DNA of 64,000 bases from Bacillota bacterium (GTDB lineage Bacteria; Bacillota; Sulfobacillia; JAJYWN01; JAJZPE01): NCBI GenBank assembly GCA_021811325.1, contig JAJZPE010000002.1, positions 10,157 through 74,156 of the forward strand, read 5' to 3'. Of the stretch, positions 45,585 through 56,016 are shown piece by piece (within the stretch, counting starts at the first letter, position 1; every line of letters starts with the position of its first letter). Below the pieces are notes generated by a model. It was not told the DNA's origin. It was given only the letters and a program-made list of their open reading frames with translations, and did not search any database. Made by a program: the position numbers and the translations under genes.

Positions 45585-48326
45585 TCACCGGGAGGCGTCC
45601 TGAAGCCGGCGCAGCACGTCGCCGAGGTCCTGGACGGCCTTACCGTAGGTGGCCCAGTCCCCGCGGCTAATGGCCTCCTGGGCCTGCCGGTACAGGTCGT
45701 TCGCCTGATTGATCAGGCTCTGCACGGCGCCCGAGGTCTGGCCGGTCTGGGTCCCGCCGGTGGTCCCGGTCGCCGGCCCCGGCGGCCCGCCCGCCGCCGC
45801 CGGCGACCCGAAGATGCGGGCGAAGGCCTCGCCGAGCGTCGACTCCATGACCACCCGCTCGCCGTAGGAAACGATGACCCGCTTCAGCTCGGGGAGCTTG
45901 TTCGTCGCCGACTCGAGGTAGAGCGGGCGGACGTAGACGATGGAGTTCTCGATCGGGATGACCATCAGGTCGCCCTGGTTGGCGCTGGTCCACAGGGTCA
46001 ACTGGCGGACGATCTCCGGGTCCTGGTTGATCCGGGCCTTGATCTGCTCGGGCCCGTAGAGCAACTTCTGTTTCGGGAACTTGAACACCAGGAGTTGCCC
46101 GTAGTGAGGCCCGTCGGACCGGGCCGCGATCCAGGCGATCATGTTCTGCTTGGTCGTCGGGGTGTAGGGCATGATCAGGACGAACTCCTCGCTCGCCTGG
46201 CCGGGCAGCTTCATGATGATGTACTCAGGGTCGCTGACCTGCTTCTGGCCGCCCTGCCCGTCGCCGCCGCTCAGCCCGACGCCCTGCCACTTGTCCTCTT
46301 TATTGTACCAGACCATCGGGTCGAGCATGTGGTAGACCGCGTAGCGCTCGGCCTGGACCTTGAACAGTCCGAGGGGGTAGCGGATGTGGCGCCGGAGGTC
46401 GGAGCGCATCTGGTTGATATCGGTGAAGAGGGTCGGGAACATCTTCTGGTAGGTCTGGATGATCGGGTCCGCCGGGTCGACCACGTAGTAGGTCGTGTCC
46501 CCGTTGTAGGCGTCGACGACGACCTTGACCGAGTTGCGGATGTAGTTCATTCCGCCCGCCATCGGCTCGGAGTAGGGGAAGCGGTTGGTGGTCGTATAGG
46601 CGTCGATGATCCAGAACAGCCGGCCGTCGTCGCCGACGACGATGTACGGGTTGTCGTCATAGATCAGGAAGGGGGCGATCTTCGCCTGCCGGGTCAGGGG
46701 GGTGTCGACGGTCGTCTTGATGTTCTGGTAGAGGAGGACGCGACTGCCCCGCTGCACGACGTCGGACAGGAGCATCTGGTACGACTCCAGGCGCAGGGCG
46801 AAAGCCAACTTGATGATGGGCGACGAGAGTTTGACCCCGCCCGTCCCCTGATACTTGGTGTAGGCGTTGTCATCCCCCATGGGGTAATCGAACTCGTTCT
46901 GCTTCGTGTCGACGATGACGTAGTCGGTGGTCAGCTCACCGAAATAGATCTCCGGCCGAGTAACGGTGACGTTCACCGACGACTTCGGCGGGATGTCCTT
47001 GATCATCAGGAAGGGCAGACCTTCCGGGGTCACCTCGGTGGTCGGGCTCAGGACGACGCCGTAGCCGTGGGTGTAGTTGAGGTGACGGTTGACCCAGGTG
47101 TCCGAGTTCATGTCCCGCAGGCTACCCTTGTCGAGTTCGCGGGCGGACAGGGTGATCTGGCGATAGCGCCCGTTGACGGTATACCGGTCGACGTCGACGT
47201 CGGTGAACTTGTAGTACGGGCGGATCGCCTGGAGCTGTCCGTAGGTGCTGAGGAGCTGCGGCCGGTCCCAGATGCGGATGTTCTCGACGGTCCCCTGGTT
47301 GGCCGCCAGGCTCTTGGGGTTCAGGCCGTCCTGGACGGCGAACTCCTTCTCCTCGACCCGGTCGAGGCCGAAGCCCAGGCGGGTGAAGGCGATGGTGTGC
47401 CCGATGTAAGGCTTCTCCTTGGTGAACTCGTTCGGGGTGACCTCGAACTGCTGGACGAAGAACGGGTAGACGGTGCCGACGACGAAGGAGGCCGCCAGGA
47501 GGCCGCCGAACCCGACGACCACCAGGTTGACCCGGCGCAGGATGACCGCCACCAGGGTCAGGACGGCCAGGGCGATGGCCAGGACGGCCATCACCCTGAG
47601 CCCGGGCAACTCCGCGTGGACGTCGGCGTAGCTCGCCCCGAAGACCACGCCGCGGGCCGAGTAGACCAGGCTGTACATCCGCAACAGGTAGCCGACGGCT
47701 TTGACCAGGAAGGCCGCCGCCAAGAGCAGCGATAAGTGGATCCGGGCCTGCGGCATGACCTCCGGCATGGTCCCGGTGTAGACCACCTGGCGGTTGAAGA
47801 CGTAGATGACCGCCACGCCGACGAGGGCGATGACGATGGCCCCCATCACCGTGCCGTAGACGGCCTCGAGGAACGGGATCTGGAAGGCGAAGAAGGAGAC
47901 GTCGCGGTTGAAGATGGGGTCGGTCACGCCGAAAGGCACACGGTTCCGATACTGGAGGAAGACCTCCCAGAACCCGCTGAAGTTGAGTCCGGCGAGGACG
48001 CCCACGGCGAGGGCGGCTCCGGTCAGGATGACTTTGATCCAGCGCGGGGTGACCGCCCGGCCGAGGGTGGCTTCGAGCAGTTCGCCCTGGAACTGCCAGA
48101 GGCGCCCCTTGGCCCACCAGAAGTTGGCCCAGACGAAGAGGGCGAACAGCCCGCCGACCAGGAGTCCGAGCCAGATCTTGGTCCACAGGACCGACGTGAA
48201 GACGCTGGCGTAGCCCAGCGAGCCGAACCAGAGGTAGTCGGTGTAGAACTCGGAGAAGACGTAGAAGGCCACCAAGAGCAGGGCCAGCAAAATAAAGAAG
48301 ACCCGCAGGAACCAGGAATTACGCAA
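45585..48326 (-). CDS. UPF0182 family large integral membrane protein (COG1615)
   Basis: The 913-aa product begins MRNSWFLRVFFILLALLLVAFYVFSEFYTDYLWFGSLGY..., with multiple N-terminal TM helices and a large extracytoplasmic body, as in UPF0182. The start codon is TTG, 9 nt after AAAGGAGG. Confidence 0.85.
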   Translation of the reverse strand: MRNSWFLRVFFILLALLLVAFYVFSEFYTDYLWFGSLGYASVFTSVLWTKIWLGLLVGGLFALFVWANFWWAKGRLWQFQGELLEATLGRAVTPRWIKVILTGAALAVGVLAGLNFSGFWEVFLQYRNRVPFGVTDPIFNRDVSFFAFQIPFLEAVYGTVMGAIVIALVGVAVIYVFNRQVVYTGTMPEVMPQARIHLSLLLAAAFLVKAVGYLLRMYSLVYSARGVVFGASYADVHAELPGLRVMAVLAIALAVLTLVAVILRRVNLVVVGFGGLLAASFVVGTVYPFFVQQFEVTPNEFTKEKPYIGHTIAFTRLGFGLDRVEEKEFAVQDGLNPKSLAANQGTVENIRIWDRPQLLSTYGQLQAIRPYYKFTDVDVDRYTVNGRYRQITLSARELDKGSLRDMNSDTWVNRHLNYTHGYGVVLSPTTEVTPEGLPFLMIKDIPPKSSVNVTVTRPEIYFGELTTDYVIVDTKQNEFDYPMGDDNAYTKYQGTGGVKLSSPIIKLAFALRLESYQMLLSDVVQRGSRVLLYQNIKTTVDTPLTRQAKIAPFLIYDDNPYIVVGDDGRLFWIIDAYTTTNRFPYSEPMAGGMNYIRNSVKVVVDAYNGDTTYYVVDPADPIIQTYQKMFPTLFTDINQMRSDLRRHIRYPLGLFKVQAERYAVYHMLDPMVWYNKEDKWQGVGLSGGDGQGGQKQVSDPEYIIMKLPGQASEEFVLIMPYTPTTKQNMIAWIAARSDGPHYGQLLVFKFPKQKLLYGPEQIKARINQDPEIVRQLTLWTSANQGDLMVIPIENSIVYVRPLYLESATNKLPELKRVIVSYGERVVMESTLGEAFARIFGSPAAAGGPPGPATGTTGGTQTGQTSGAVQSLINQANDLYRQAQEAISRGDWATYGKAVQDLGDVLRRLQDASR

Positions 48327-48511
48327 AGACAGAGGCCTCCTTTCAGGAGTCCGTGACCGGCCCGGGCTCGGCGGGCGTGGCGTCGGGCGGTCCTGATTTA
48401 CTTACGTCATCCCAGGCAGGCTGGTTTCGCCTGACCGAAGGCCGGCCACGGCCACGACCGCTGCTCTCTTCCTATTCGTGCGCCTTCTCCCTTACTCCTG
48501 CCGGCGGGGCG

Positions 48512-49468
48512 TCATTTCCACAGGCGTTCGACGGCCGCGCCCTGGAAATAGTGGGCCAGGATGGCCTGGGTGCGCCAGCCCTCTGCGGCCAGGGCCTGTG
48601 CCCCATGCTGGCAAAGCCCGGACCCATGGCCCCAGCCCCGACCGGTGAAGATGACCGACCCGGCCGTCTGTTGGATCGAGGTGATCAGGGTCGAGCGGAA
48701 GCGGTCGGATCCCAGCGCCGCCCGGAGGTCGGCCGCCTTGATGGTCTTCTTGCCCAGCTTGAATTGGAGGACCCGGCCGGAGACGCCGTAACGGCTCACG
48801 GTCAGGTTCTGCGACGAGCCGAGGGGGGCGCCGGCGGCCCCTTCCAGCTCCCAACGGGGCACGGCCGCGCGCCAGACCTCCTCCGAGGGCGGGGTGACGG
48901 CCTCTCCCAGCGACGGAACGCTGGCCAAATACGGTGCCGGCGGCTCGAGGCCGGAAAAGGCCTCCCGGCCGGTGGCGGTCAGGCCCCCGGCCGAGTTCGA
49001 GTACATGGCGAAGATGAGGTCCCGGCCATAGGTCAGGACCTGACCGCGGGAGCTGGCCACGGCCGCCCGCACGGCCGCATTGGACCGGGCGGGCCCATAG
49101 GCTTGCAGGTGCGCCGGACTGGTGCAGGCGTCGGTTCCGTGGATCTTCCGCGGCCCCGAGCCAAGTTCCATGTACTTCAGGGTCAGCGTGCGGGAAACGA
49201 TGGCCTGCGCCGTGAGCGCCTCGACCGGCCAGTCCGGGTCCATCTCCGCGGCGACCACACCGGTCAGGTACTCTTCCATCGGCAGGTAGATGGCATAGCC
49301 CCGGTCGTCGAGGAAGATCGAGATGACGGGCTCCGTGGCCCACCGCCGGCGCCAGTCGGCCGGCGGACCCGCGGCGCCGCGGGCCTCGCCACGGCCCGCG
49401 GCGACGGGCATGGCGATGAACGCGGCGAGGATCAGGAGGCTCAGACGGAAAGCGGTATTGCGCCTCAA
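48512..49468 (-). CDS. spoIID: SpoIID/LytB-domain protein (stage II sporulation protein D-like lytic transglycosylase)
   Basis: It has a signal peptide. The SpoIID motifs are EEYLTGVVAAEMDPDWPVEALTAQAIVSRT, MYSNSAGG and FTGRGWGHGSGLCQHGAQALA. Confidence 0.8.
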   Translation of the reverse strand: MRRNTAFRLSLLILAAFIAMPVAAGRGEARGAAGPPADWRRRWATEPVISIFLDDRGYAIYLPMEEYLTGVVAAEMDPDWPVEALTAQAIVSRTLTLKYMELGSGPRKIHGTDACTSPAHLQAYGPARSNAAVRAAVASSRGQVLTYGRDLIFAMYSNSAGGLTATGREAFSGLEPPAPYLASVPSLGEAVTPPSEEVWRAAVPRWELEGAAGAPLGSSQNLTVSRYGVSGRVLQFKLGKKTIKAADLRAALGSDRFRSTLITSIQQTAGSVIFTGRGWGHGSGLCQHGAQALAAEGWRTQAILAHYFQGAAVERLWK

Positions 49469-49526
49469 AGCAAGTCACCCCGGGCTATTATGTCCGGGGT
49501 GAGGCGCATCATCGAGGCTGGAAGGC

Positions 49527-51062
49527 TCAGGGCGTCGGGTCCGGCAGGGTGACGTCGACGCGCAGGTTCTTCTGGTCCCACGCGAGCTTCCCGAGGGCCT
49601 CGGCGACGAACCGCAGAGGAACGAGGACTCGCTCGTTGATGACCGCCGGGGCCACCTCCAGGGGCACCGGTCGCCCATCGATGAGGGCCGTGGTCTGTCC
49701 CACGCTGAGCTGGATCAGACGGTCGCCGAGCTTGGCGCTGACCCGGCCGGCGCCCTGGTCCCAGCCGACCGTCGCCCCGACGGCGTCGAAAAGGGCCCGG
49801 AAGGGCACCAGCGAGCGGTTCGACCGGACCACCGGGGAGAGTTCGCCGAAGTCGACCGGCTTGCCCCCGATGAACACGCGGATGGGGGCGTAGGCGTAGA
49901 TTCGCCCGTCGTAGGCCCCGAAGTAGACGCTGCCACCGGCGTAGGCCAGCGGGGTGGCGATCTTGGCGGCCACCAAGGACGTCCAGAAGAGCCGCCCATC
50001 GGCCAGGTTGAAGGTATAGATGCGGCTCGGGGCGTCCACGGCGTAGTAGGCCCCGACGTAGACGTGGTCGCGGCCGGCCACGGGGGTCGTCATCGTCGGG
50101 TACTTGGTCCGCCCGCCGAACTTGATCGGCGTCATGCGGTTCTTCCAGACCACCACGCCGTTGTCGGCGTCGATGGCATAGAGCCAGCCGAGGTTGCCCG
50201 CCAGGACCAGGGTCCGGCCGTCGCCCGTGACGGCCACCGTCGGCGCGCTCCACAGGTTGTTGCCGCTGATGGAGCGGGTCCACACGACCGTCCCAGTGAG
50301 GGCGTCCAGGGCGTAGACCCCGCCATTCTCGAAGCCGCTCGAGGCGACGATGAGCTTCTGGCCATACAGCGCCGGCGACATCCGCAACTCGCCGCTGGTC
50401 TGATAGGTCCAGACCTGGCGGCCGTCGCGGGCGTCGAGGGCGTGGACCCCGCCGCTGTAGTCTTCGACGTACAGGTACCCGCTCCCGTAGGCCGGACTGG
50501 ACCAGACCGGCACCCCGGTGCCGGACCGCCACTTCACGGCGCCGCTGGCCGCGTCGAGGGCCTCAACGAGCCCCTCGGCGGTGGCCGCGTAGAGCGCGCC
50601 GTCGGCCAGGACGGGCGAGGCACCCACCCGGTCACCGAGGGCCGCCTGCCACAGGAGGAGCCCGTCCGATGTTCGCAGGGCGTAGACGTTCCCGTCGAAG
50701 TCAACGACGTAGACCGCCTCCGCCGAGACCGCCGGGGCCGACCGCAGAAGGCCGCGCGTGGTGAAGGTCCAGCGGACCTGACCGTCCTCGGCGTCCAGGG
50801 CGCGGAAGACCCGGTCATCGGCGCCCGCGAAGACCAGGTCACCCAGGACGGCCGGGATGCCCTGGGCCGGCGGCCCTGGGTCGGTCGCCCACCGCTGCAT
50901 GAGGACAGAACCGAGGGGCTCGTCGACGCTCCCCAGGCGGGCCGGGCCGCGGCCGTACCCAAGCCAATCGCCGGCCAGAGCCGGCCGCGAGCCGCTCCCA
51001 GCCAGCACGACGGCGAGCACGAGGGTCAAGACCAGGGTCAGGCGAAGCCGACGTCTCCTCAT
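49527..51062 (-). CDS. Secreted PQQ-like beta-propeller repeat protein with C-terminal copper-amine-oxidase N-terminal-like domain
   Basis: The start was set at the internal ATG (MRRRRLRLTLVLTLVLAVVLAGSGSRPALA signal peptide). There are 7-8 repeats of the form vYALDaxtGxxvW (VFRALDAEDGQVRW, NVYALRTSDGLLLW, GVHALDARDGRQVW ...). The C-terminal stalk is LVPFRALFDAVGATVGWD...VLVPLRFVAEALG. The upstream 174 codons of the track ORF are non-coding-looking. Confidence 0.65.
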   Translation of the reverse strand: MRRRRLRLTLVLTLVLAVVLAGSGSRPALAGDWLGYGRGPARLGSVDEPLGSVLMQRWATDPGPPAQGIPAVLGDLVFAGADDRVFRALDAEDGQVRWTFTTRGLLRSAPAVSAEAVYVVDFDGNVYALRTSDGLLLWQAALGDRVGASPVLADGALYAATAEGLVEALDAASGAVKWRSGTGVPVWSSPAYGSGYLYVEDYSGGVHALDARDGRQVWTYQTSGELRMSPALYGQKLIVASSGFENGGVYALDALTGTVVWTRSISGNNLWSAPTVAVTGDGRTLVLAGNLGWLYAIDADNGVVVWKNRMTPIKFGGRTKYPTMTTPVAGRDHVYVGAYYAVDAPSRIYTFNLADGRLFWTSLVAAKIATPLAYAGGSVYFGAYDGRIYAYAPIRVFIGGKPVDFGELSPVVRSNRSLVPFRALFDAVGATVGWDQGAGRVSAKLGDRLIQLSVGQTTALIDGRPVPLEVAPAVINERVLVPLRFVAEALGKLAWDQKNLRVDVTLPDPTP

Positions 51063-51165
51063 CCCTAGGACCAGCCTCCCGGACTGGACAACCTGAGGTC
51101 CTCTTGCTGGATGATTAGCCGTCACCCGGCCAAAGTCCTGCTCACCTGGCCCCTTCAGCCCCGCC

Positions 51166-51819
51166 TCACCCGGCGAGGAGGCGGGCCCCGGCGTAGACGA
51201 AGTAAGCCCCCAGACCGGCCAGGAAGAGACCGCAGAGGATGAGCACCGTCCGGAAGACGGCCGGCCCGAACAGCCGCCGCCCCCCGGCCACGGCCCCGGA
51301 CACCGCGCCGTACCACGACAGGTCGGAGAGGATGTGCCCGGCATAGAAGGCGGCCACGGCCAACGGACCTCCGGCCAGTGCCAGGGCGACGTAACCGGCC
51401 CCGACCGTGGCCCACCAGAGCACCCAGTACGGATTCCCGGCGCTGGCGGCCAGGCCAGCCCAAAGCGGTTCGGGCAGGCCTCGGACGGCGGCCGCCGTCT
51501 CCCCGTCGAGCTTGGCCAGCCCCTCGGCGACCTCGTCGGCGCTCCGCCCGGTCCGCCAAGCCAACCAGATGAGGACCAGCCCACCGGCCATACCGATGAC
51601 CCCGGTGACGGCCGGCTGGGCCAGGTGCCGCCCGAAACCGAAGGCCAGGGCGGTGACCACGACCGCCTCGAGGAGGCCGTGGCCGGCGACGGCCCGTGGC
51701 CCAGCCCAGAAACCGCGCCCGGCGACCTGGCCGATGACCACCGTCAGGAACGGTCCGGGCATGAGCGCCCCCGACAGGCCGACGATGAAGGCCGTCACGA
51801 ACAGGCTCCCGTTGTTCAC
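51166..51819 (-). CDS. LysE/RhtB family amino-acid exporter
   Basis: The 217-aa product has six predicted TM helices. MNNGSLFVTAFIVGLSGALMPGPFLTVVIGQ matches the LysE-family N-terminus. Confidence 0.8.
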   Translation of the reverse strand: MNNGSLFVTAFIVGLSGALMPGPFLTVVIGQVAGRGFWAGPRAVAGHGLLEAVVVTALAFGFGRHLAQPAVTGVIGMAGGLVLIWLAWRTGRSADEVAEGLAKLDGETAAAVRGLPEPLWAGLAASAGNPYWVLWWATVGAGYVALALAGGPLAVAAFYAGHILSDLSWYGAVSGAVAGGRRLFGPAVFRTVLILCGLFLAGLGAYFVYAGARLLAG

Positions 51820-51889
51820 TGCGACTTCCCTCCGGATTCTCTCCGAAGTCCCCGACTCGGGGTCGGAACGCTCGGTCGTCCGCGCTGCT

Positions 51890-53308
51890 TCAGTGCTCCA
51901 GCTGATGGAGGGGCGGCTTCGACCCGGGCGGGAGCGGCGTGACGTATGGGCTGCTCTTGGTCTTCTCGGCGAACTCTTCGCGGGCCTTGGCCAGGAGGTC
52001 GGGCTTGGTCAGGAGGTCGAGGGCGGCCAGGCCCATCACCTTGGCCGCGACGAGCATCCCCTTGAAGCCGATGGACATCCCGGAGGCCGCCGTGACCTGC
52101 CACGAGTGGCCCGGCGCGCCCAGGGGGGCGCAGGCCGTGGTCAGCTGGGCGGTCGGGGTCACGTAGCTGACGTCGCCGACGTCGGTCGAGCCGGCCGAGA
52201 CCTTGCCCTTGTCGAGCGGCGGCATGACCCCATCGTGCAGGACCTTGCCGTCCATGTCCTGGCCTCGGTCGCGATACCACTCGTAGGTGCTCTCCATCTG
52301 GCCCGCCGGGTAGCCGGCGACCACGGCCCGGGCGAAGGCCTCGTCCTCGGGGTCGAAGGGCGGCCCGCCGACCTGGCTCAGCCGTTCGAAGAGGATGTCA
52401 CCGACGACGTCGTTGTGGAGGGTGTTGTAGCATCCGGTCAGGAACTCGATGTCGTAGGCGGTCTCGGTCATCGTCGCCGCACCGTCGGCGACCTTCTTCA
52501 GCCGTTCGAAGATCTCGTCGACCTGTTTCCGCTTGGGGGCGCGGACATAGTACCAGACCTCGGCCAAGGGCGGGACGATGTTCGGCTCTCCCCCGCCCTT
52601 GGTGATCACGTAGTGCAGGCGGGCTTCCTGCACGACGTGCTCACGGAGGTAGTTGGCGCCGATGTTCATCAGCTCGACCGCGTCCAGGGCACTGCGGCCA
52701 GACTGCGGGTCGCCGGCCGCGTGCGACGACCGCCCATGGAAGGTGAACTTGGCTGAGTTCATCGCCAGGGCACTGCCGGCCCACAGGGAGTTGGTCGAGC
52801 CGGGGTGCCAGGTGATAGCCGCGTCGACCTCCTTGAACAGGCCGTCGCGGACCATGAAGACCTTGCCGACCAGAGTCTCTTCGGCCGGGCAGCCGTAGAA
52901 CCGGACCGTCCCGGGCAGCTTGTGGTGGGCCATGGCCTCCTTGAGGGCGATGGCCGCCCCCAGGGCCCCGGCCCCGAGGAGATTGTGTCCGCAGCCGTGC
53001 CCGGGCCGTCCCGGATCCAGCGGCTCCTTGACCGGCGCGGCCTTCTGGGACAAGCCCGGCAGGGCGTCATACTCGCCGAGCAACCCGATGACCGGGTGCC
53101 CGGACCCGTAGGCGGCGACGAAGGCCGTCGGCATCCCGGCCACCCCGGCCTCGACCGTAAAGCCGTGCTTCCGGCACAGCTCGATGAGGGCCTCGGCCGA
53201 CCGCGTCTCCTTCAATCCGACCTCGGCCAGGGCCCAGACCTCCCGGGCCACCGCGACGAGTTCGTCACTGGCCGCCTCGACCGCTCCGACGATGGTCTTG
53301 TCCGGCAT
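51890..53308 (-). CDS. M20 family amidohydrolase (aminoacylase/hippurate hydrolase-like)
   Basis: GHACGHNLLGAGALGAAIALKEA plus downstream metal-binding residues are typical of M20D. The start was chosen at the internal ATG (MPDKTIVGAVEAA). Confidence 0.82.
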   Translation of the reverse strand: MPDKTIVGAVEAASDELVAVAREVWALAEVGLKETRSAEALIELCRKHGFTVEAGVAGMPTAFVAAYGSGHPVIGLLGEYDALPGLSQKAAPVKEPLDPGRPGHGCGHNLLGAGALGAAIALKEAMAHHKLPGTVRFYGCPAEETLVGKVFMVRDGLFKEVDAAITWHPGSTNSLWAGSALAMNSAKFTFHGRSSHAAGDPQSGRSALDAVELMNIGANYLREHVVQEARLHYVITKGGGEPNIVPPLAEVWYYVRAPKRKQVDEIFERLKKVADGAATMTETAYDIEFLTGCYNTLHNDVVGDILFERLSQVGGPPFDPEDEAFARAVVAGYPAGQMESTYEWYRDRGQDMDGKVLHDGVMPPLDKGKVSAGSTDVGDVSYVTPTAQLTTACAPLGAPGHSWQVTAASGMSIGFKGMLVAAKVMGLAALDLLTKPDLLAKAREEFAEKTKSSPYVTPLPPGSKPPLHQLEH

Positions 53309-53575
53309 CGACACCATCCGCTCCTTTGTCGCGCAGCGCTTCAGGCCGCGCCGAATGACTTGCGGTAAATCCGGTAGGTCTTGTCTCGCCATGGGGCATG
53401 CCGCGCCTGACCGCCGCCTCGAAGGTGCGCAGGAAGATGCCGCCGGTGACGCCCTTCATCCGATACTCCGGGACGACGAAAAGGACGAAGAAGCGGAGTC
53501 CCCTGATGCGGCGGCGCCCCCGCAGAAGGCGCCGACTTGCGGCCAGCGCGCGCGGCCGCGTCGAGCCGGATGACC

Positions 53576-55090
53576 TCACGCCGGCGTCTCCGGTTTGAAA
53601 CTCCGCGTGGCCTGCACTGCCGCCCGCCACCCGCGGTGGAGGCGGTCAACCTCGGCCGGCGAGGCCGCCGGAGCGAACCGCCTTTCGACCCGCCGGAGCC
53701 CGGCCAGGTGGTCCAGGTCGCGGTAGAGCCCGACCCCGAGCCCGGCAAGGCAGGCGGCGCCGAAGGCGGTCGTCTCGGTGACCGCCGGCCGCTCCACGAC
53801 GACCCCCAGGAGGTCGGCCTGGAACTGCAGGAGAAAGTCGTTGCGGGCCGCGCCGCCGTCGACCCTGAGGGATGACGGGGCCACCCCGGAGTCGGCGGTC
53901 ATCGCCTCGAGGAGGTCGCGGGTCTGATAGGCGACGGCCTCCAGGGCCGCCCGGGTCAGGTGGGCCCGGGTCGTCCCACGGGTCAACCCGAAGACCGCCC
54001 CCCTGGCGTGCATGTCCCAGTATGGGGCGCCCAGCCCGACGAAGGCCGGGACGAAGTAGACCCCGCCCGTGTCCCGGACGGACCGCGCCAGAGCCTCGGT
54101 CTCGCCGGACGAGGCGATCACCCCGAGGCCATCGCGCAGCCACTGGATGGCCGCGCCGGCGATGAAGACGCTCCCCTCGAGGGCGTAGGTGACGCGGTCG
54201 GACAGACCCCAGGCGATGGTCGTGATCAGCCCCGACTTCGACGGCACGGCCTGCTCGCCGGTGTTCAGGAGGAGGAAGCAGCCCGTGCCGTAAGTGTTCT
54301 TGGCCAGACCCGGGGCGAAGCAACCCTGGCCGAATAAGGCGGCCTGCTGGTCGCCGGCCACGCCGGCCAGGCGGACGCGGCCCCCGAGGAACTCCTCGGC
54401 CGTCAGGCCGAAGTCGCCGGCCGATGGCCGCGCCTCGGGCAGCATCTGCCGCGGGATGCCGAGCCTCGCCAGGATGTCCTGGTCCCACTCCAACCGGTGG
54501 ATGTCGAAGAGCATCGTCCGCGAGGCGTTGGAGTAGTCGGTGAGGTGCAGCCCACCGCGCGGGCCGCCGGTCAGGTTCCAGATGAGCCAGGTGTCGATGG
54601 TCCCGAAGAGGGCCTCGCCGCGCTCGGCCCGCTCCCGCAGGCCCGGGACGTTCTCGAGGAGCCAGGCCAGCTTGGTCCCGGAGAAGTAGGCGTCGACGAC
54701 CAGCCCGGTACGCTGCCGCACGACGTCCTCGAAGCCCTCGCGGCGTAGCGCCTCGCACATCGCCGCCGTCCGGCGGCACTGCCAGACAATGGCCGGGGCC
54801 AGCGGTCGCCCGCTCAGGCGGTCCCAGACGACGGTCGTCTCACGCTGGTTGGCCAGGCCCACCGCGGCCACGTCGCGGGCCGTCAAGCCGGCCTCGGCGA
54901 GGGCGCGGCGAGCCACTTCGAGCTGCGTCCCCCAGATCTCGGCGGCGTCGTGCTCGACCCAACCGGGTTCCGGGTAGTGCTGGGTGAACTCACGCTGGGC
55001 AATGACCCGGACGGCGCCGTCCGGGTCGAAGATGATCGCCCGGCTGCTGGTCGTCCCCTGGTCCAGCGCCAGGAGGTGGGTCCCGGCCAA
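53576..55090 (-). CDS. glpK: Glycerol kinase
   Basis: [25 protein letters not shown]...[14 protein letters not shown] matches the FGGY kinase/GlpK N-terminus. Homology runs the full 504 aa. Confidence 0.95.
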   Translation of the reverse strand: MAGTHLLALDQGTTSSRAIIFDPDGAVRVIAQREFTQHYPEPGWVEHDAAEIWGTQLEVARRALAEAGLTARDVAAVGLANQRETTVVWDRLSGRPLAPAIVWQCRRTAAMCEALRREGFEDVVRQRTGLVVDAYFSGTKLAWLLENVPGLRERAERGEALFGTIDTWLIWNLTGGPRGGLHLTDYSNASRTMLFDIHRLEWDQDILARLGIPRQMLPEARPSAGDFGLTAEEFLGGRVRLAGVAGDQQAALFGQGCFAPGLAKNTYGTGCFLLLNTGEQAVPSKSGLITTIAWGLSDRVTYALEGSVFIAGAAIQWLRDGLGVIASSGETEALARSVRDTGGVYFVPAFVGLGAPYWDMHARGAVFGLTRGTTRAHLTRAALEAVAYQTRDLLEAMTADSGVAPSSLRVDGGAARNDFLLQFQADLLGVVVERPAVTETTAFGAACLAGLGVGLYRDLDHLAGLRRVERRFAPAASPAEVDRLHRGWRAAVQATRSFKPETPA

Positions 55091-55137
55091 GGTCGTCTCC
55101 CCTTCCCCGACTCGTTTCCGGCCTCACGCCGGCGACG

Positions 55138-56016
55138 TCAGCGCGGCAGGCGCGCGAGCCTCTCCTCGAGCCAGCGATCGACGTCGGCGAGGACCGTTTC
55201 CCGTTCGTCTTCGTTGTGCAACTCGTGGTAGAACCCATCGTAAGAGTGGTAAGTCTTGTCGGCCGAACCGGCCTGCTCGAAGAAGGCCCGCGAGGCCGCC
55301 GGGTCGACCAGCTTGTCGGCGGTGCCCTGGAGGATCAGGCAGGGCCGGACGAAACTTGCGGCCCCGGTGGAGACCTTCTGCATCGCCGCGTTGAAGGCCA
55401 GAAACCAACCGGCGCTGACCACCCGGCAGACCAGCGGGTCGGCGGCATAGGCCCGCCCGACCTCGGGGTTTCTGGCCAGGACCGACGGGTCGATCTCGTT
55501 CTCTTGCGAGAACGTCGGCATCAGCCGCCCGGCCACCCTGGCCAGGGCCAGCTTCGCCGGGGGCACCTTGACGCCGAGGGCCACGGCCGGCCCGGAGGCG
55601 ATGACCGCCCCGACGCCGGGGCGGCCCTCGACCCCGTGCAGGAGCACGATGAGCCCGCCCATGCTATGCCCATAGGCGACCACCGGCAGCCCCGGGTTCT
55701 CCCGGCGGGCCACCCCGAGGAGGGCGTCGTAGTCGTCGAGGAACTCGGAGAAGGACCCGACGTGACCCCGCCGGCCGCCGGACTGCCCGAGCCCGCGGAA
55801 GTCCAGGGCGTACACGGCGAAGCCCCGGTCGGCGTAGCGCCGGGCGAAGGCGACGTAACGGCCGGAGTGCTCGCCTGCCCCATGGGCGACGGCCAGCACC
55901 GCCCGCGGGCCGCCGGCCCCCGCCCCTCCGGACGGCACGAGACTGCGATAGTACAGGTCCACCCCACCCTTGCCCGTCAACCGGCCCTCGCTTTCGCGGA
56001 TCCCCTTCTCGCTCAT
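55138..56016 (-). CDS. Alpha/beta hydrolase, lysophospholipase / monoacylglycerol lipase-like
   Basis: The internal ATG (M271 of track ORF 55138..56826) follows AAGGAGG. The product has HGAGEHSGRY, a GHSMGG nucleophile elbow, and a C-terminal ...YDGFYHELHNE (His of the catalytic triad). It is 293 aa. Confidence 0.85.
   Translation of the reverse strand: MSEKGIRESEGRLTGKGGVDLYYRSLVPSGGAGAGGPRAVLAVAHGAGEHSGRYVAFARRYADRGFAVYALDFRGLGQSGGRRGHVGSFSEFLDDYDALLGVARRENPGLPVVAYGHSMGGLIVLLHGVEGRPGVGAVIASGPAVALGVKVPPAKLALARVAGRLMPTFSQENEIDPSVLARNPEVGRAYAADPLVCRVVSAGWFLAFNAAMQKVSTGAASFVRPCLILQGTADKLVDPAASRAFFEQAGSADKTYHSYDGFYHELHNEDERETVLADVDRWLEERLARLPR

Noticed and set aside
45480-47735. 751-aa plus-strand ORF; also minus-strand alternative frames 47122..48186 and 44445..45329
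   Set aside because: They overlap the UPF0182 and asnS genes in other frames or on the other strand and show no homology. They are standard high-GC artefacts.
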